A stretch of DNA of 64,000 nucleotides from an uncultured virus (IMG/VR IMGVR_UViG_3300043773_000315) (IMGVR_UViG_3300043773_000315), one strand, 5' to 3'; positions 20,629-27,514 are shown, numbered from the stretch's first letter. A program made the numbers and translations. The notes: generated by a model not told the origin, from the sequence alone.

Positions 20629-20719
20629 TGGCGGACAGAGTGGGATTTGAACCCACGATACCTTATTAGGGTATGCCTCGTTAGCAGTGAGGTGCCTTCG
20701 ACCGCTCGGCCATCTGTCC
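20629..20719 (-). tRNA. tRNA-Ser(GCU)
   Basis: Loop CT-GCT-AA; long variable arm; GCCA end. Confidence 0.92.
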
Positions 20720-21135
20720 TAATTCTGTATAATAATCGTCGTGTTTTCCTTACCGTACTCGCTGACAATTCTATATAGCCACTTTGCATTCTGCGGGTGC
20801 AGACGGATGCAGCCGTGAGATGCTGGTCTACCAAGACGCTTTAAATCTTCCGTCGCATGTATTGCATATCCGTCAAGAAAGAAGATAGAATTTGGCATCG
20901 GCGCATTATCATACTTACGAGAATAGTGCATCTTGACCATATGATACGGCTGAAACACACCGCGAGGAGTATTGTATCCCTTTCGCCCAGTAGAAACATT
21001 CCACTCATAATAGTCCGTTGGTGTTTCTACTAACATGATTTGATCCGAGACATCAACCGTGATGATTACATCTTCGGCCTTAGCAACTCCAGTCATTGCA
21101 ACCAGAGCCGCCATCATAACGAAAAACTTCTTCAT
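20719..21135 (-). CDS. L,D-transpeptidase (YkuD/ErfK family) with signal peptide
   Basis: VSTGRKGYNTP, APMP.SIFF, YAIHAT, LGRPASHGCIRL. Confidence 0.9.
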   Translation of the reverse strand: MKKFFVMMAALVAMTGVAKAEDVIITVDVSDQIMLVETPTDYYEWNVSTGRKGYNTPRGVFQPYHMVKMHYSRKYDNAPMPNSIFFLDGYAIHATEDLKRLGRPASHGCIRLHPQNAKWLYRIVSEYGKENTTIIIQN

Positions 21136-21632
21136 GCTACCTTATCTTCCTTAGGCAAATGTTGAATTGCGTCCTTGTAACGGTCAGCGCAGTAAGATGC
21201 TGCCCATGCGTTTGGCTTTACAAGCGGAATCACATTACACATTCCACGAATATAACCTACAGCTTCATTTATAACACAAGATGAGCCGTGTTTCAAGTCA
21301 GGATTTATGTCTAAGTGAATTTCAACTCCACGTTCACCAATTGCTTCCTCTAAGTCAAGATACAACTGTGCCGTCTTCATTACCTCATTCATGAGACGCA
21401 TACGTGGCTTGTCCTTCTGCTGGTCATAGTCACGTTCACGAACAACAGAACCAAATACGCGACAACCATTCTTTCCATTCTTATGCACAACTACCACGTT
21501 GATGTAGTCGGCATACCAAATTCCATCTATCTGGAAACGTTCTGAGTCGCCACCAAGATATATCTTTGTTTCTGGAGTTTGTGCTTGAATGAATGCGCGG
21601 ACTTCTTCCATGTTCATGTTTTTGCGTATCAT
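21132..21632 (-). CDS. RNase H-like YkuK-family protein
   Basis: IYLGGDS, RLMNEV, EIHLDINP, KPNAWAAS.CAD. Confidence 0.8.
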   Translation of the reverse strand: MIRKNMNMEEVRAFIQAQTPETKIYLGGDSERFQIDGIWYADYINVVVVHKNGKNGCRVFGSVVRERDYDQQKDKPRMRLMNEVMKTAQLYLDLEEAIGERGVEIHLDINPDLKHGSSCVINEAVGYIRGMCNVIPLVKPNAWAASYCADRYKDAIQHLPKEDKVA

Positions 21633-22522
21633 TTTTGTTTTCCTAATTCTACCAAATCTTCTAGTACATTATAGAATGATTTGAGATGTTTTACAAGTTC
21701 TATTTTTTCTAGACTATCTGCATATATGGAATGCAAATTATCTTCATGCCACCACATTTCAAATTTTTCTATCGCAAAAAAATCTAGATTTTTTTGCCAA
21801 ATTATATGATATATGCATTCCTCATCATGAACTTCTTTTAACAGTTCAATGACAACTTTTGCGATATTGTCAAATATAAAATGAAATTTTTGAACTGTAG
21901 TTTTCTTTCCACCTAATATTCCAGCAATTGCGTGATAATTAATGGTATCAAGTCTTTGATCTATAATATTTCTTCTGTAAAACACAGGATAAGTATTATT
22001 AATAGCAAACATTAAAAATCTGTCTTCCGTTTTCTTTTTCATACCTTCAATTAGTTCATTACAGAATAAATCTGAATTATAATATTCAGATGTGCTATTG
22101 TCTGCAAATATCAGATGTTTATCTGGTATCAGTCCTGAGTATGAAATTCCAACATCAATCCAAAATACGTAATTGTAGTCTACAATTTCATTCATCCAGT
22201 AAGATTTTAGATATTGTATTTCTTGACATCTATCAGATGTTAACGCTTCCTCAAAGTTTTTATATTCATCAAACAAGTCTTTCATGTAGAAATTTTCTAA
22301 GTTGTAAGGAACAATAATAACTTTTGTTTTTGCTATAGGTTCAATAAATTCTCTTACATCAGATTCTTGTAAAGGATCACAGTAGATGTAGAAATCTGCA
22401 TTTGTAATTTTAAGAAGTGACGCAAGAGAGTGTAAATATTGATGATATCTGTGTTGTCTTCCGCCATAATTTGTGCCGTGAAGATTAGTATAGAAACATG
22501 TCACAATAGCTGTATCGTTCAT
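21629..22522 (-). CDS. HtrL/WlaTC-like glycosyltransferase
   Basis: IVT.FY, FWIDVG, GILGG, DEE; start moved to MNDT because the longer ORF runs through tRNA-Ser. Confidence 0.6.
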   Translation of the reverse strand: MNDTAIVTCFYTNLHGTNYGGRQHRYHQYLHSLASLLKITNADFYIYCDPLQESDVREFIEPIAKTKVIIVPYNLENFYMKDLFDEYKNFEEALTSDRCQEIQYLKSYWMNEIVDYNYVFWIDVGISYSGLIPDKHLIFADNSTSEYYNSDLFCNELIEGMKKKTEDRFLMFAINNTYPVFYRRNIIDQRLDTINYHAIAGILGGKKTTVQKFHFIFDNIAKVVIELLKEVHDEECIYHIIWQKNLDFFAIEKFEMWWHEDNLHSIYADSLEKIELVKHLKSFYNVLEDLVELGKQK

Positions 22523-22536
22523 TATTACTCTCAATA

Positions 22537-22624
22537 TGGCGGATAGAGTAGGATTCGAACCCACGAAACATTGCTGTTCTCCAGTTTTCAAGACTGGCGC
22601 CTTCAACCACTCGGCCATCTATCC
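22537..22624 (-). tRNA. tRNA-Ser(UGA)
   Basis: CCAGT-CTTGAAA-ACTGG; long variable arm. Confidence 0.93.
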
Positions 22625-22678
22625 AAAATTCGATGCGATTTCTTATAGTGGTTACGCCCTCCACTTTTAGTATATAGT

Positions 22679-22755
22679 TGGCGCACTCGGATGGACTCAA
22701 ACCACCAACCTCCGGTTTCGTAGACCGGCATTCTATTCAGTTGAACTACGAGTGC
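22679..22755 (-). tRNA. tRNA-Arg(ACG)
   Basis: CCGGT-CTACGAA-ACCGG; CCA. Confidence 0.92.
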
Positions 22756-23268
22756 TTATCTGAGCCAATTAATTATTTTGAAATGGAATGCAATGGTCAC
22801 TCTTAACTTAAAGCATTCTCTTGAAGGAGCTTTTCCATAATGTAGCACGTTTGAAGGGAAAAAAATACCTTTATTGTGTTTTGGAATTATAGTTATAATT
22901 TTTTTGTTTATATTAAATAGAGTTTCTCCGCCCCAATCAGATTTCCAATCTTCATTAACATAATATACAAAAGTATATTGATCCGAATCGAGACTGTCAG
23001 TGTGCCAACATCCATCTAAACCATATGTTTGTCCGTTAGCAAAAACTCTTCTAAGATCACACTGCACTCCTATTTTAAATTGAATTTTTTCAAACAGATT
23101 CGTTGTGAAAAAAGAATCGTCTCTAAGTTGAATAAACCAAAATCTACTTTTACTTTCTGGAGTAGCCGAATGTCCAAATTTCCACGAAGATTTGTCTATT
23201 TTCTTGACAATTTTTAATCTGTCATCATCATCAAACACATTATCAAATTCTTCGACTGTGTTTCTCAT
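22756..23268 (-). CDS. 2OG-Fe(II) oxygenase (prolyl-hydroxylase-like)
   Basis: ANGQTYG.DG.WHTD, WGGET, LH, RVTIAF. Confidence 0.8.
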   Translation of the reverse strand: MRNTVEEFDNVFDDDDRLKIVKKIDKSSWKFGHSATPESKSRFWFIQLRDDSFFTTNLFEKIQFKIGVQCDLRRVFANGQTYGLDGCWHTDSLDSDQYTFVYYVNEDWKSDWGGETLFNINKKIITIIPKHNKGIFFPSNVLHYGKAPSRECFKLRVTIAFHFKIINWLR

Positions 23269-23283
23269 CTTACGCCTTTTGTT

Positions 23284-23359
23284 TGGAGGAGACGGCCAGA
23301 TTCGAACTGGCACCTCAAGGATTTGCAGTCCCGTACATTAACCGTTTTGCTACGTCTCC
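23284..23359 (-). tRNA. tRNA-Cys(GCA)
   Basis: Loop CT-GCA-AA; U73 discriminator; CCA. Confidence 0.9.
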
Positions 23360-23778
23360 GGATTTATTTTAAAATGTTCAACAGCAATTCTTCTTCTTAA
23401 CTCTGATGAACTGAAACTGTGTTCGCGCTTATTAAAATGATATTTCATCTTTGATATTTTATAACCTGTGAATGCTTTACCTCTATACTCTTCACCAAGT
23501 ATACGTATATTTATAGGAAGCATGTTTAGGATATCAAGCAATTCTGCTTCTGTAGAATACACAATAATCTCATCAACAAACTTGCAGGCTCTTACTTGTA
23601 ATTGCCTTTCAATCAAACTTTGAACTGGTTTGTTTTTCTCTGGTCTATCAATTGTAGGATCCACTTGTAGTCCAACAATTAACCAATCACATTGCTGCTT
23701 TGCTTCTTCTAACATTGCAACATGACCAGCATGAAACAAATCAAACGTAGAACATGTAAATCCAATAATCTTGTTCAT
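23350..23778 (-). CDS. Glycerol-3-phosphate cytidylyltransferase-like (TagD family)
   Basis: STFDLFHAGH, LIVGLQVDP, R.HSFSSSELR; AGGAG RBS before MNKI. Confidence 0.85.
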   Translation of the reverse strand: MNKIIGFTCSTFDLFHAGHVAMLEEAKQQCDWLIVGLQVDPTIDRPEKNKPVQSLIERQLQVRACKFVDEIIVYSTEAELLDILNMLPINIRILGEEYRGKAFTGYKISKMKYHFNKREHSFSSSELRRRIAVEHFKINPET

Positions 23779-23794
23779 AATGTTTTCTCCTAAT

Positions 23795-23868
23795 TGGCTG
23801 CCCTTCGTGGATTCGAACCACAATTGCTGGAGTCAGAGGCCAGAGTCCTGCCGTTAGACGAAAGGGCA
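23795..23868 (-). tRNA. tRNA-Gln(CUG)
   Basis: Loop CT-CTG-AC; U1-A72; GCCA. Confidence 0.9.
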
Positions 23869-23869
23869 A

Positions 23870-23943
23870 TGGTACTGCATAGTGGAATCGAACCACTGTA
23901 ATCGGCTCCACAAACCGATGTTCTACCATTGAACTAATGCAGC
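23870..23943 (-). tRNA. tRNA-His(GUG), G-1-less type
   Basis: TCGGT-TTGTGGA-GCCGA; G1.U72, A73, T at position -1. Confidence 0.9.
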
Positions 23944-23952
23944 ACTTGTAAT

Positions 23953-24699
23953 CTACATATGACAGAAAAATAATTTTTCATCTTCTGTGAGTAAAGACCA
24001 AAATATATTGTTTAAGTGTTTACGAAAAAACATTATGTTTTGGTATAGGTCTTCCGAAAAATGAAAGTCTGCGTATCTTGCTGCTATACCTATTTCTAGA
24101 CCTTCGGCGATTTGTGGAACTTTATTGTTTTGTAGTTTCCAATAAAGTTCTTCCCATTTATCAATGAAATATTTAAGTTTAAATGTATTGCGAAATACTA
24201 TAAAACCTTCTTGAAATGTAAATATGGAATCGTTCTTATCAAATTCCAACACATCATATTTCTCATCGTAAGCTTCTCTGTGTCCAGAAGAAAATAGCGG
24301 CGTTACTATATCAAATCTTTCTCTTTTACACTCTTCTAAGAAATTCTGAATTTTCAGTTCTTCATATGAATCATTAAATACGAAGTCACTATCAATGTAT
24401 ATTATGTATTCCGATGTAGATTTTTGAAACGCATTTTTTAGTGCTAAAAATTTTAGATTATAGTTGAAGTGAGAAGTCGATTGAATTTCTTCATTCTCGT
24501 AAAATATAGGATATTTTTCAGGTATCTTATATGTGTATAAATTTTTTATGTTTGGCACAATATCATTTGTTGTTAAATAAACTTTTGCGTTGTTGTGTTT
24601 ATTTTTATCTTCAACAAAACTTGCCGCTAACTCGGAATAAGGAGATTTAAATCGCCAATTGTATCCAGCAGATAGCATTGTATAATCATATGTAATCAT
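23953..24699 (-). CDS. Putative glycosyltransferase-like protein
   Basis: FNYNLK, IIYIDSD (DxD), EGLEIG; very AT-rich. Confidence 0.55.
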   Translation of the reverse strand: MITYDYTMLSAGYNWRFKSPYSELAASFVEDKNKHNNAKVYLTTNDIVPNIKNLYTYKIPEKYPIFYENEEIQSTSHFNYNLKFLALKNAFQKSTSEYIIYIDSDFVFNDSYEELKIQNFLEECKRERFDIVTPLFSSGHREAYDEKYDVLEFDKNDSIFTFQEGFIVFRNTFKLKYFIDKWEELYWKLQNNKVPQIAEGLEIGIAARYADFHFSEDLYQNIMFFRKHLNNIFWSLLTEDEKLFFCHM

Positions 24700-24721
24700 A
24701 ATATGTCCTATACTTTAGAAA

Positions 24722-24798
24722 TGGTTGCGGGAGTGGGATTCGAACCGCACGATCTTCGACTTATGAGGCCGATGAGATGACCGCTTCTCTATCCCGCA
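24722..24798 (-). tRNA. tRNA-Met(CAU), initiator-like scaffold
   Basis: TGCGGGATAGAG...CCCGCAACCA; loop CT-CAT-AA; lacks the three consecutive G-C anticodon-stem pairs of fMet. Confidence 0.82.
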
Positions 24799-24801
24799 AT
24801 G

Positions 24802-25320
24802 TCAATGTTGTATTGTTTTAAAATTAACGGCGATAACCGTTTTTCTACCTTTCGATTTGTTGAAACTTGATCTATGTTCTAGTAGAGATGGAAATAAAAT
24901 GAAATCGCCTTCTTTTACGTTTGCTGTGTAAGTTTCTTCACTATTAAGAGGATTTCTAAATTCAGTAGCCGGAGAATCCTCTGGCAATTCAAGATAATAC
25001 ACTAAATTCCAATCTGATCCTGAATGTCTATGCCATTCATGATGATCATTGGTTTCATATTGTTGAAACCAATAACGACCCATTTCAAATCGATCATAAT
25101 GCATATTTTTAAAATATCTTTTCAAGATTGGATTGAAATACATCATTAGCGTTTCGATGTATTCGCTATTATGATTAGGATATTGCCAATCGCTCTTTGT
25201 AACTTTTTCACCATCAAGTAGAGTGTTACATCCAACAGACTCTTCTATCATCTGTAGAAAATCTTTTTTAAGATGATTGTGTTTATGAAACGACTCAATT
25301 ATTAATGGTATTTGGAACAC
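24802..25320 (-). CDS. Putative 2OG-Fe(II) oxygenase / cupin
   Basis: WFQQY...H.WH.H, VYYLELP, EGDFILFPS.LEH; GTG start with GGAGAG RBS. Confidence 0.7.
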   Translation of the reverse strand: MFQIPLIIESFHKHNHLKKDFLQMIEESVGCNTLLDGEKVTKSDWQYPNHNSEYIETLMMYFNPILKRYFKNMHYDRFEMGRYWFQQYETNDHHEWHRHSGSDWNLVYYLELPEDSPATEFRNPLNSEETYTANVKEGDFILFPSLLEHRSSFNKSKGRKTVIAVNFKTIQH

Positions 25321-25363
25321 TATAAACTCTCCGCTGTCGATTGTAAGTATATATGTCGCAAAT

Positions 25364-25438
25364 TGGTAGAGCATACGGGAGTCGAACCCGTCTCTCATCC
25401 TTGAAAGGGATGTGACCTAACCGATAGTCGAATGCTCC
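25364..25438 (-). tRNA. tRNA-Glu(UUC)
   Basis: CATCC-CTTTCAA-GGATG; CCA. Confidence 0.9.
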
Positions 25439-25447
25439 ATTAATAGT

Positions 25448-25527
25448 TTGTCAATCGTATAGGATTTGCACCTATGTTTCATCCGACTCCGCAGATGTTT
25501 CCTAACTTCTAGAAGAACGATTAACAA
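25448..25527 (-). ncRNA. tRNA-like element, copy 1
   Basis: Cloverleaf-like, non-canonical anticodon loop, no CCA; 68-nt core identical to 26783-26850. Confidence 0.65.
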
Positions 25528-25529
25528 TA

Positions 25530-25604
25530 TGGAGAACCCTCTGGGATTCGAACCCAGGACAGACGGATTAAAAGCCCGCTACTCTACCACTGAGTTAAGG
25601 GTTC
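25530..25604 (-). tRNA. tRNA-Lys(UUU)
   Basis: GCGGG-CTTTTAA-TCCGT; CCA. Confidence 0.92.
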
Positions 25605-25607
25605 AAT

Positions 25608-25681
25608 TGGCTGGGAGACTAGGATTCGAACCTAGATAGTTGGAATCAAAATCCAACGTCCTGCCGTTAGACGATCTCCCA
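25608..25681 (-). tRNA. tRNA-Gln(UUG)
   Basis: TTGGA-TTTTGAT-TCCAA; GCCA. Confidence 0.92.
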
Positions 25682-25715
25682 ATAATTGGTGCCTAGTCCG
25701 GAACTAGGACTTAAA

Positions 25716-25789
25716 TGGTTGGCCAGTAGAGAATCGAACTCTCATCGGACGCCTATCAAGCGCCTGCTTTACCATTAAGCTACAAGCCA
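25716..25789 (-). tRNA. tRNA-Ile(GAU)
   Basis: GGCGC-TTGATAG-GCGTC; some stem mismatches; CCA. Confidence 0.82.
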
Positions 25790-25795
25790 TTGAAT

Positions 25796-25957
25796 TGCAC
25801 CGCATCATGATATCCTCATGTCTCCTGGTCAAGCGGGTGACCTCCCCTCAGACTTGCGACTAACACCGCTCAAAGTGTTAGTTAGAGGGCGTGGTGGAAA
25901 ACAAAAACTCCATGTTGAGTACATTTCAGCGTTTTTGTTAACGGTACCACGGCGCAC
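25796..25957 (-). ncRNA. Putative structured ncRNA (multi-stem, possible kissing loop)
   Basis: Stems AACAAAAAC/GTTTTTGTT, CGTGGT/ACCACG, CCCTC/GAGGG, ACTAACAC/GTGTTAGT, GGTCA/TGACC. Confidence 0.55.
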
Positions 25958-25959
25958 TT

Positions 25960-26045
25960 TGGTGGGTGAGGTAGGATTCGAACCTACTAAGTACTAGACA
26001 GGGGATTTACAGTCCGCCGCAACTCGCCATCGTTGCCGCTCACCC
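25960..26045 (-). tRNA. tRNA-Tyr(GUA)
   Basis: Loop CT-GTA-AA; long variable arm; CCA. Confidence 0.9.
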
Positions 26046-26052
26046 GAAACTT

Positions 26053-26159
26053 GTTGAGCCTCACGCTGCTTGGCTCAACTCATCTGTAACTTCTCGACTC
26101 ATTCGCAGTAGCGTAGCTCCGCACTCAAACGTACGGCACCCTGCGCGATGGTGACAGAT
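26053..26159 (-). ncRNA. Putative structured ncRNA (pseudoknot)
   Basis: ATCTGTCAC/GTTACAGAT, CGCAG/CTGCG, CCGTAC/GTGCGG, GTTGAGCC/GGCTCAAC; loop AGCGT complementary to ACGCT. Confidence 0.55.
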
Positions 26160-26165
26160 TGAATA

Positions 26166-26240
26166 TGGTGGACCCTAAGAGAATCGAACTCTTACCCTCG
26201 CCGTGCAAAGGCGATGTGCTCCCATTATCACTAAGGGCCC
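26166..26240 (-). tRNA. tRNA-Ala(UGC)
   Basis: TCGCC-TTTGCAC-GGCGA; G3.U70. Confidence 0.93.
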
Positions 26241-26245
26241 TATTA

Positions 26246-26366
26246 ATAGCTCCTGTCACTATCGCAGTCAGGCAAACGGTTACTTATTTAACGGTCTCTC
26301 TTTAATCGGCCGAAGAGAGAAAATCATTCAGTAACACCCTAGTTTATTTCAACCGTAAAGGGCATG
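26246..26366 (-). ncRNA. Putative structured ncRNA
   Basis: GCCCT/AGGGT, GTTACT/AGTAAC, TCTCTCTT/AAGAGAGA, CCTG/CAGG stems. Confidence 0.45.
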
Positions 26367-26376
26367 TTTCTTGAAT

Positions 26377-26450
26377 TGGCACCAGTGCAAGGATTCGAAC
26401 CCTGACAAACGGTTTTGGAGACCGCTGTGCTACCGTTACACCACACTGAT
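26377..26450 (-). tRNA. tRNA-Trp(CCA)
   Basis: GCGGT-CTCCAAA-ACCGT; GCCA. Confidence 0.92.
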
Positions 26451-26452
26451 AT

Positions 26453-26680
26453 TGGCGACCCATTCCCCGACTTTTCGTATGCTGGACTTTCACTCTATTA
26501 CTTGCCATAGAGATTAACCAGTTCTGTGCCACATTTCATTGGCTGCTACTACTAGCGGATCAAGACAGGTCATAATTACGAATGAGGAAAGAAGCAGCAT
26601 CAAAACTACGCCTACTGTTTCTTTTACACCAAATACTGGGCACTTTTGGGTGTGCTACATCGCAGTATTCGATAACCTCA
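26453..26680 (-). ncRNA. Putative structured ncRNA(s); 3' domain ends in CCA
   Basis: TGAGG/CCTCA domain with ATCGAATACTG/CAGTATTTGGT; second domain TGACC/GGTCG-CCA enclosing three hairpins. Confidence 0.55.
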
Positions 26681-26684
26681 ATAT

Positions 26685-26761
26685 TGGTCGGAGTACTAGG
26701 ATTCGAACCCAGGACCCTCTGCTCCCAAAGCAGATGCGCTACCAGACTGCGCTACACTCCG
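26685..26761 (-). tRNA. tRNA-Pro(UGG)
   Basis: CGGAGTGTAGCGCAG start; TCTGC-TTTGGGA-GCAGA. Confidence 0.94.
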
Positions 26762-26778
26762 TTATAATTTATATAGTA

Positions 26779-26854
26779 TGTTATCGTATAGGATTTGCAC
26801 CTATGTTTCATCCGACTCCGCAGATGTTTCCTAACTTCTAGAAGAACGATAACA
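26779..26854 (-). ncRNA. tRNA-like element, copy 2
   Basis: 68-nt core identical to 25454-25521; different but still paired terminal stem. Confidence 0.65.
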
Positions 26855-26858
26855 ATCT

Positions 26859-26932
26859 TGGCGACCTATGCGAGACTCAAACTCGCTACACCTCTTAGAC
26901 AGAGAGGTATGATATCCATTCACTAATAGGCC
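26859..26932 (-). tRNA. tRNA-Asp(GUC)
   Basis: CCTCT-CTGTCTA-AGAGG; GCCA. Confidence 0.87.
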
Positions 26933-26941
26933 ATGTTAGGA

Positions 26942-27020
26942 TAGTGAGTGCTAACGGCGTATCTAAATCACACATGACGCATCAACGCCGTATTGCCTGT
27001 ATGATTGAAGTCACTCACTA
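26942..27020 (-). ncRNA. Putative compact pseudoknotted ncRNA
   Basis: TAGTGAGTG/CACTCACTA, ACGGCGT/ACGCCGT; AATCATACA complementary to loop TGTGTGATT. Confidence 0.6.
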
Positions 27021-27022
27021 AT

Positions 27023-27097
27023 TGGTGTGCCAGGTGAGAATTGAACTCACGACATTCGGTTTAAGAGACCGCTACTCTACCACTGAGTTACTGGCGC
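27023..27097 (-). tRNA. tRNA-Lys(CUU)
   Basis: Loop CT-CTT-AA; CCA. Confidence 0.9.
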
Positions 27098-27102
27098 AAA
27101 TT

Positions 27103-27305
27103 TGGAGTGGGCTAACGACAACATTCTGGATGTTCCCGCTTGTCTTATCGGCGTATCCCCACTCAATACGCTGGAGTCAGTCTTTACTAACACGTAGCTA
27201 CACGACTGACAGCGTTCTACGAATAGGCTTCACGGCGAAGATCGGTCACAGTATGCATCCTGCCGACTCGTTACTTTAATCGCGCAAACTCTAACGAACC
27301 GTGAA
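27103..27305 (-). ncRNA. Putative structured ncRNA ending in CCA with a possible 3' pseudoknot
   Basis: TTCACGG/CCGTGAA domain; TCAGTC/GACTGA; GCGTATT/GATACGC hairpin whose loop GAGTGGG matches the 3' CCCACTC(CA). Confidence 0.55.
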
Positions 27306-27306
27306 T

Positions 27307-27382
27307 TGGCTGGATAGCTTGGATTCGAACCAAGGACATCCTCGTTAACAGCGAGGCGCTCTACCGCTGGAGCTACTATCCA
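27307..27382 (-). tRNA. tRNA-Asn(GUU)
   Basis: CCTCG-CTGTTAA-CGAGG; GCCA. Confidence 0.93.
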
Positions 27383-27385
27383 ATA

Positions 27386-27513
27386 TTCTATACTTTCAGA
27401 TATGCACCGACGGTTTCGAAGCCGTCCACCTTGAACGCCCCATACGGAGCGCGGCTGTGACCTACACATGAGCGGTAGCTACAACGCCCTGGTGCATATC
27501 TGAAAATATAGAA
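27386..27513 (-). ncRNA. Long-stem ncRNA with a T-arm-like hairpin
   Basis: 23-bp terminal inverted repeat (27386-27408 / 27491-27513) with one G.U on the minus strand; GACGG-CTTCGAAA-CCGTC next to the stem. Confidence 0.65.
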
Positions 27514-27514
27514 C

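Noticed and set aside
25448..26854. CRISPR array or attachment-site duplication
   Set aside because: There are only two copies 1.3 kb apart, with no regular spacers and no cas or integrase gene in the window.
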